A DNA stretch of 64,000 nt from Alphaproteobacteria bacterium (GTDB taxonomy: Bacteria > Pseudomonadota > Alphaproteobacteria > Bin95): assembly GCA_963665325.3 (NCBI GenBank), contig OZ224045.1, forward strand, positions 2,336,001 to 2,400,000, read 5' to 3'. The notes under the pieces are model-generated. The model worked only from the letters and a program-made list of their open reading frames with translations. It was not told the origin of the DNA and searched no databases. Shown piece after piece: positions 58,243 through 64,000 of this stretch. The position numbers were made by a program, and so were the translations under genes. Position 1 is the stretch's first letter, and the number at the start of each line of letters is the position of its first letter.

Positions 58243-59271
58243 TTACCAACGTTCGGCGAGGACCGCCCCGGCGGCCTTCGCCGAAGCCGCCATGGCGGCG
58301 AGCGCAAGCAGGGCGGCGAGGCTGGCCGTCGAGACGCCGGAAAGCCCGGCGCCGACCGTGCAGCCGCCCGCCAGCACGCCGCCCGCGCCCATCATCACCG
58401 CGCCGGCAAGATAACGGCCGGTCTGCCGGGGGCTCTCGAGGCTCTCCCAGCGAAACTGGCCGCCCGCAAGCGCCGCGGCCAGACTGCCGGCGATGACGCC
58501 CGCCGCAAGGCCCGTGCCGAAGCCGGCCGGTATGGAGGTTGCCGCCACGGCCCAGAACAGGGTGTCGGCCGTCGGTCCCGTGAACCCCATGGACTGGAGC
58601 GGAATTGGGTCGAAATCGTCCAGCAGCAGGAATCCCGTGCCGACCCAGCCGAGTGGCACCAGCAGCCCGATCGCGCCCGCCATCGCCATATGCGAGGCCG
58701 GCGCGCCGGATCGGAGCGCGAAGAGTGCCGCGGCAAGCGCCAGGCCGAGCGGCCACACCTCTCCGCCGGGCAGGGCCGTGAGCGCGGGCACCCCGCCGCC
58801 ATAGACGGTGGCGGCGCCGAGCGCCTCGCGCAGCGGCGCCAGCACGCCCTTCATCGCCGCATGGGCCGTCACCGCAAAGACGACCAGGACAAGCAGGGCG
58901 CGCAAATTGCCGCTGCCCGTGAGCACGGTCAGACGCGAGACGCAGCCTCCGGCCAGCACCATCCCCGTCCCAAAGAGAGCGCCGCCGACGACCGCGGACA
59001 CCACCGGAACGTCCGGCGCGAGAAACCGGTGCGCCTCGAAGGAAACCAGGCCGCCCGCCACCGCCAGACGGGTTCCCGCTATTGCCACAGCCAGCGCCAT
59101 CGCCCAGGCGCCCAGTGCCGGCAGGCAGTCGCGCCACCGGCCGACCAGGCTCCGGCGCAGGCAAAAGGCGCTGCGCTGCGCCAGCGCGCCATAGACGCCG
59201 CCCAGCGCCAGGCCCAGCATGACGGACGCGGCGAGCGGCGTCGTTTCCTCGAATCCCAGCGTCTCGAACAT
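58243..59271 (-). CDS. YeeE/YedE family sulfur-compound transporter (SoxT-like)
   Basis: AFCLRR, GMVLAGGC, GGVLAGGCTVGAG; multi-TM. Confidence 0.9.
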   Translation of the reverse strand: MFETLGFEETTPLAASVMLGLALGGVYGALAQRSAFCLRRSLVGRWRDCLPALGAWAMALAVAIAGTRLAVAGGLVSFEAHRFLAPDVPVVSAVVGGALFGTGMVLAGGCVSRLTVLTGSGNLRALLVLVVFAVTAHAAMKGVLAPLREALGAATVYGGGVPALTALPGGEVWPLGLALAAALFALRSGAPASHMAMAGAIGLLVPLGWVGTGFLLLDDFDPIPLQSMGFTGPTADTLFWAVAATSIPAGFGTGLAAGVIAGSLAAALAGGQFRWESLESPRQTGRYLAGAVMMGAGGVLAGGCTVGAGLSGVSTASLAALLALAAMAASAKAAGAVLAERW

Positions 59272-59405
59272 TGGGGGAAACCGCCTCCTCCCGTTCGCGT
59301 TGCAAGGCTCAGCGCATCGTTAGCGCCTCGCGCACGGCGATATAGCGCGCGCTCCCGAAAACGACAGCGCCGCCGGGGCGGCCTCCGTTCAGGTCGAACG
59401 CCGCG

Positions 59406-61139
59406 CTAATCGTCGGCGTAGCCGTTCTCCACCATCCAGTCGCGCATGATGAATTTCTGCGGCTTGCCGGTCACGGTCATCGGCAGTTCGTCGACGATGC
59501 GCACATGCTTCGGCACCTTGTAGTGCGCGATCCGGCCGGAGCAGAATGCGATCACGTCCTCGGGCCCCAGTGCCGCGCCTTCGCGGGCAACGACCCAGGC
59601 GCAGACCTGCTCGCCGAACCTCCTGTCCGGGATGCCGAACACCTGCGCCTCCCGGATATCGGGATGGCGGAAGAGATAGTCCTCGATCTCGCGCGGATAG
59701 ACGTTCTCGCCCCCGCGGATGATCATGTCCTTCACCCGCCCGACGATGCAGCAGAAGCCTTCCTCGTCGAGCGTCGCCAGGTCGCCGGAATGCATCCATC
59801 CGTCGATAATGCTCTCTCGGGTCCGCTCGTCGTCGTTCCAGTAGCCGCGCATCACCGAGTAGCCGCGCGTGCACAGCTCTCCGGACTCGCCGACAGGGAC
59901 AACGGCTCCGTCGGCATCGACGATTTTCACCTCCAGATGCGGGTGGACGCGCCCGACCGTCGTCACACGCTTTTCGAGCGGATCGTCGACAAGGCTCTGG
60001 AACGACACGGGAGAGGTCTCCGTCATGCCATAGCAAATTGTGACTTCCGACATGTTCATTTCGTCGATCACCCGCTGCATCACCTCGATAGGGCAACTCG
60101 CGCCCGCCATGACGCCCGTTCTGAGCGAGGACAGGTCGTATCCGCCGCGCGCCGCCTCCTCGAGCATGGCGACGAACATGGTCGGCACGCCGTAAAGCGC
60201 CGTGCAGCGGGCCTTCGATACCGCATACAGCGTCTCCGTCGCATCGAAGCCTTCGCCCGGAAACACCATCGCCGCGCCCTGCGTCACGCAGCCCAGCACC
60301 CCCATCACCATGCCGAAGCAATGATAGAGCGGCACCGGAATGCACAGCGCGTCCCGCTCGGTCAGCCGGATCCGGCCGGTGACGAAACGCGCATTGTTGA
60401 CGATGTTGTTGTGGGTGAGCGTGGCGCCCTTGGGCGATCCGGTAGTGCCGGAAGTGAACTGGATATTGATCGGGTCGTCCGGGCTGAGGCTCGCGGTCAT
60501 GGCGTCCAGCCGCGACATCTCCGCCGGCCCTCCGAGACCGACCGCATCGTCGAAGCGGAATATCCCCGGCCCGGGGTCATCGCTCATCGCGATCACGGTT
60601 TCCAAGTGGGGCAATCTCGACGATTCGAGCTTGCCCGGCTCGCAGCCTTCGAGCTCGGGCGCGAGTTCGCGCAGCATGTCGATATACCGGGACGACTTGA
60701 AGACTTCGGCCGTGACGAGAGCTCTGCATTCGACCGCATTCAATGCGTATTCGAGCTCGACCGGGCGGTAGGCGGGATTGATGTTGACGAGGATCGCGCC
60801 GAACCGTGCAGTCGCGAACTGTGTCAGGATCCACTCCAGCCGATTGGGGGACCAGATGCCGACGCGGTCGCCTTTCCCGAGGCCGAGCGCAAGCAGCCCG
60901 GCGGCGAGTGCATCCACCGCGCGGTCCAACTCTTCGTAGCTCAGCGTCCTGCCTTCTTTCGGCAGCACCACCGCATTGCGCGCGCCGTGGCGGGAAACCG
61001 TGTCGCGGAGCGCGTCGGGGATGGTCGTATGTCTGAGCGGCGGCGCCTGCTCGCCGACGACATGGGACAGGCCGCCCTTCGGCGCGCCGGGGTCGGGCAC
61101 CGCAATGCGAGCGGCCGGGCCTTGGGTGAGAGTCGACAT
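59406..61139 (-). CDS. AMP-binding acyl-CoA synthetase
   Basis: FTSGTTGSPKG, YGMTETSP, RGGENVYPRE. Confidence 0.92.
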   Translation of the reverse strand: MSTLTQGPAARIAVPDPGAPKGGLSHVVGEQAPPLRHTTIPDALRDTVSRHGARNAVVLPKEGRTLSYEELDRAVDALAAGLLALGLGKGDRVGIWSPNRLEWILTQFATARFGAILVNINPAYRPVELEYALNAVECRALVTAEVFKSSRYIDMLRELAPELEGCEPGKLESSRLPHLETVIAMSDDPGPGIFRFDDAVGLGGPAEMSRLDAMTASLSPDDPINIQFTSGTTGSPKGATLTHNNIVNNARFVTGRIRLTERDALCIPVPLYHCFGMVMGVLGCVTQGAAMVFPGEGFDATETLYAVSKARCTALYGVPTMFVAMLEEAARGGYDLSSLRTGVMAGASCPIEVMQRVIDEMNMSEVTICYGMTETSPVSFQSLVDDPLEKRVTTVGRVHPHLEVKIVDADGAVVPVGESGELCTRGYSVMRGYWNDDERTRESIIDGWMHSGDLATLDEEGFCCIVGRVKDMIIRGGENVYPREIEDYLFRHPDIREAQVFGIPDRRFGEQVCAWVVAREGAALGPEDVIAFCSGRIAHYKVPKHVRIVDELPMTVTGKPQKFIMRDWMVENGYADD

Positions 61140-61313
61140 CGGGGCTCCTCCTCTGCAGGGCGCCGGCCGTTCGGCAAGGAATAGCTCCAGTATGGAGTTC
61201 CGCCTTTTTCTTCGCCAGCCCGCCGGCGATGCGGGCTGTTTCCGGCCGGCCGTGACCGCGAGCGGAAATTCGGGCTAGGTTGGCCCCGCCGCTTGCATAA
61301 CCGGAGGAACGGC

Positions 61314-62102
61314 GTGACCGACAAATTGCTTTTCGATGTCCGCGACAGAATCGCGACCATCACCTTCAACAACCCGGACAGGCTGAACGCCTTCACGCAC
61401 GAGATGCTGACGGGATATCTGGACCGGCTGGAGGAATGCCGGACGCGCGAGGATATCTGGGCGGTGATCGTCACCGCCGCCGGGCGCGGTTTCTGCGCCG
61501 GCGGGGATACGCGGCAGATGGGCAGCGACACGCCGCCGACGCCGCTGGAGATCAAGTCGGGCCTCTGGGATCTCATCCAGAAGCTCTCGCTCAAGATTCA
61601 AGAAATCGACAAGCCGGTGATCGCGGCGGTCAACGGCGTGGCCGTCGGGGCCGGGATGGACATGAGCCTGCACGCGGACCTGCGCTTCGCCGCCGAGAGC
61701 GCGCGCTTCGCGGAGACCTATGTGCGCGTCGGCCTGGTGCCCGGCAATGGCGGGGCCTGGTTCCTGCCGCGCATCGTCGGCGTGCCGAAGGCGCTGGAAT
61801 TGCTCTGGAGCGCCGATTTCCTGACCGCCCAGCAGGCGCAGGAGATCGGCCTCGTCAACAAGGTGTTCCCGGACGACGAGCTGCAGGCCGGCACCCGCGC
61901 CTATGTCGAGAAGCTGGTGAACTCCTCGCCGATATCCATCCGCCTCATCAAGCGGGCCATGTATGCCGGCCTCGACATGGACCTGCGCAGCGCCCTCGAC
62001 ATGGTGTCGTCCCACATGGTGCTGGCGCGCTCCAGCGAGGACCACAAGGAGGCCATCGCCGCCTGGCAGGAAAAGCGGGCCGGGAACTACAACAACCGCT
62101 GA
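61314..62102 (+). CDS. Enoyl-CoA hydratase/isomerase family
   Basis: FCAGGD, AAVNGVAVGAG, GLVPG. GTG start with GGAGG RBS. Confidence 0.9.
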   Translation: MTDKLLFDVRDRIATITFNNPDRLNAFTHEMLTGYLDRLEECRTREDIWAVIVTAAGRGFCAGGDTRQMGSDTPPTPLEIKSGLWDLIQKLSLKIQEIDKPVIAAVNGVAVGAGMDMSLHADLRFAAESARFAETYVRVGLVPGNGGAWFLPRIVGVPKALELLWSADFLTAQQAQEIGLVNKVFPDDELQAGTRAYVEKLVNSSPISIRLIKRAMYAGLDMDLRSALDMVSSHMVLARSSEDHKEAIAAWQEKRAGNYNNR

Positions 62103-62115
62103 CGCGCCGGGCGCT

Positions 62116-63006
62116 CTACATCGTTGCGTCTTCGCCCGACTGTGCAGCGAAGATCGATGTGTAGCCGCCCGACCAGTCCGGCGGAATCGGGCAGGAACGG
62201 GGATCGTGGCGTGCGATGCGCGCCGGCCGCCCCCGGACCACCTCGCCCGTGTGGCAGGACGGGTCGGGATGCGGCGTGTAGGGCCGGGCGTCTGCGGCGG
62301 CGAAGGCGTTGAGCAGCAACGGTCGTCCGGCGTCGGTCCGGCTGGGGCGGGAATAGTGGAGCGTGCGGCAATTGTGGATCGAGACCGCGCCGCGCCGGCA
62401 GGTGGGGATCTCGGCATCGCCCGTGGCCAGCCCGGTGGCGTCTTCGCTCCGCAGGTGGCCCGCCCAGTTCCCGTCCGCGCCGTAGAGGTCGTAGAGCGGC
62501 CCCCTGTGGCTGCCGGGCATCATCGACATGGGGCCGTTTTCCGGGCCGGTATCGGACAGATAGGTGCCGATGGTCAGATGGTCGTAGTTGGTGTGAGGGT
62601 AGAACTGGATGTCCTGATGCCATCTGACCTCGTCGCCGCCCTCGAACCATTTGAAATTCAGCTTGGAATGGTGGAAGACGACATCGGGTCCCAGCAGGTC
62701 GGCCGCAATGTCGGCCAGCACTTCCTGCACAAAGGCCCAATAGGTCTCGTCCTGTTCGTCGGGGCGCTTGAGGCGGCGCACGCGGGGCTTGTCCGGTCCG
62801 TGTTCGGGAGCGAGGTCGAAGACATGCCCCGATTCCCGCTCGGAGCGGCTCGCGTCCACCATGCGCCCGGTGACCGCCAGCAGCCGGTCGACCCACGCCT
62901 CGGGTACTGCCCCCTCGACGAGGGCGAAACCCTTTTCGAAATAGTCGATGCGGGCCTGCTGCGGCAGGACGCGCGGCGGTTCGGCCAGAATGCGCTCCGG
63001 CGTCAT
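62116..63006 (-). CDS. Phytanoyl-CoA dioxygenase family protein
   Basis: SKLNFK, WHQD, PGSH, HNCRTLH, RPLL. Confidence 0.9.
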   Translation of the reverse strand: MTPERILAEPPRVLPQQARIDYFEKGFALVEGAVPEAWVDRLLAVTGRMVDASRSERESGHVFDLAPEHGPDKPRVRRLKRPDEQDETYWAFVQEVLADIAADLLGPDVVFHHSKLNFKWFEGGDEVRWHQDIQFYPHTNYDHLTIGTYLSDTGPENGPMSMMPGSHRGPLYDLYGADGNWAGHLRSEDATGLATGDAEIPTCRRGAVSIHNCRTLHYSRPSRTDAGRPLLLNAFAAADARPYTPHPDPSCHTGEVVRGRPARIARHDPRSCPIPPDWSGGYTSIFAAQSGEDATM

Positions 63007-63080
63007 GGGTCGGACCTCCGAGGATGCGTTTCGCCGAGTCTTGCAGCAGAGGACGCTCTGCCGCAAGCGGGCAACCCCGC

Positions 63081-63437
63081 ATGAACGATCTCTGGTTCCG
63101 CATTCTGCTCTTCGTCTTCTCGCCGCGCTGCTATGTGCTGCTGGCGGCGCTGGGCCTCGGTTTCCTGTTCGGCCTCCTCATGCTGTCGATCCCCGGCGCC
63201 GTCGTCTCCGATGCCGTGACGGTCCTGTTCTTCGGCGAGCGTGCGCCCGAAGCGGCCCGCTGGCCGGCAGCTATCGCCGTGAGCTGGCTGGCCCCGTGGT
63301 GCATCCCGCTGCTCTACTGGAGCCGGCGTCCCGTCCGCCGTTGGCCGCGCTGGGGACGATGGGTGTTCGGCATTGCCGCAGCGGTCGCATGGACCGTTGC
63401 CGTGGCGCTGGCGGTGGAGCTCTGGCGCCGCTTGTGA
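63081..63437 (+). CDS. Hypothetical membrane protein
   Basis: 118 aa with ~3 hydrophobic segments; fills the gap between flanking genes. Confidence 0.6.
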   Translation: MNDLWFRILLFVFSPRCYVLLAALGLGFLFGLLMLSIPGAVVSDAVTVLFFGERAPEAARWPAAIAVSWLAPWCIPLLYWSRRPVRRWPRWGRWVFGIAAAVAWTVAVALAVELWRRL

Positions 63438-63444
63438 GCCCCGC

Positions 63445-64000
63445 TCAGCGGATTGGAGAGAACGGGGTCGGCTCCAGGAGCTGGTTCGTCTGCTGCTTGA
63501 GGCTCTGGAACGGCTGGTGGCGCAGACGGAAGGCGCCCCATTCCGGGTCCTTTTCCATTCCGGCGCGCCGGCGCTCGCGGTCGCCTATGCTCTCATAGGC
63601 CCACATGAAGACAGCCTGGTTGATCGGGCCGACCTCGGTGGTCGCGAACAGCAGCATCTGACCCAGATGGCGGCGCTGGACCGCCAGGCCGACATCGCGG
63701 TAGGCGTCGAGCCAGGCGCCGGCCTTGCCGGGATGCATGTCGTAGGTGCGGTGGTCCACGATCATGCCGGTGCCAGGAAGGGTGCGCTTGAACGGCAGGT
63801 CGGCCTCGCTCTGCACCGGCGAGAAGGCGCTCGGGCGGAGAAATTTGCTTTCCTGGTATTTCAACGCTCCCAGTCCCCGGCCTTCCTTCAGGAATTCCTG
63901 CCACCCGGGGTCTTTCGCCCGCGCGGCCTGGCCGGCGTCGCGGGCATCAATGTCGTCATAGCCGCGCAGGAAGACGAAGCGGTTGACGGGGCCGATGACG
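63445..64000 (-). CDS. Tandem NIPSNAP family protein (5' end outside the window)
   Basis: VDHRTY...TEVGPINQAVFMWAYES. The upstream frame stays open with a second repeat (VIGPVNRFVFLRGY...DPGWQEF). Confidence 0.85.
   Translation of the reverse strand, partial: VIGPVNRFVFLRGYDDIDARDAGQAARAKDPGWQEFLKEGRGLGALKYQESKFLRPSAFSPVQSEADLPFKRTLPGTGMIVDHRTYDMHPGKAGAWLDAYRDVGLAVQRRHLGQMLLFATTEVGPINQAVFMWAYESIGDRERRRAGMEKDPEWGAFRLRHQPFQSLKQQTNQLLEPTPFSPIR

Overview
A 64-kb GC-rich alphaproteobacterial (Rhodospirillales-like) chromosomal segment. Gene content suggests a marine, possibly sponge-associated, symbiont; that is inference only. The left ~8.5 kb is an accessory island. It contains a transposon end that cuts an autotransporter gene, a DsbA, toxin-antitoxin and IS debris (including a hicA killed by one nonsense codon), a plasmid-type HU, and an apparently intact non-canonical replicon. 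The replicon runs repC-parA-parB. Its 670-aa RepC has a duplicated C-terminal domain, a putative intragenic origin and an antisense ctRNA, and the element abuts a truncated uxaA. The rest is housekeeping (serS-pcm-nlpD, ompR/envZ-like pair, ilvE, pccB, ATP12) plus dense catabolic genes: flavin monooxygenases, Fe/2OG dioxygenases, a histamine/TMA-dehydrogenase-like flavoenzyme, an orphan molybdoenzyme subunit and CoA enzymes. Other notable items are a cyanobacterial-type VKOR-thioredoxin fusion and a minimal soxYZEF+YeeE module. A ~520-bp intergenic element (48.4-48.95 kb) has phased TGTCATG repeats, a 46-bp tandem duplication, three mutually crossing helices and its own promoter. An AAA/DUF4143 gene sits between two copies of a host gene's 3' end. 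No rRNA, tRNA or CRISPR array was seen. All calls come from reading motifs by eye; no searches were run.
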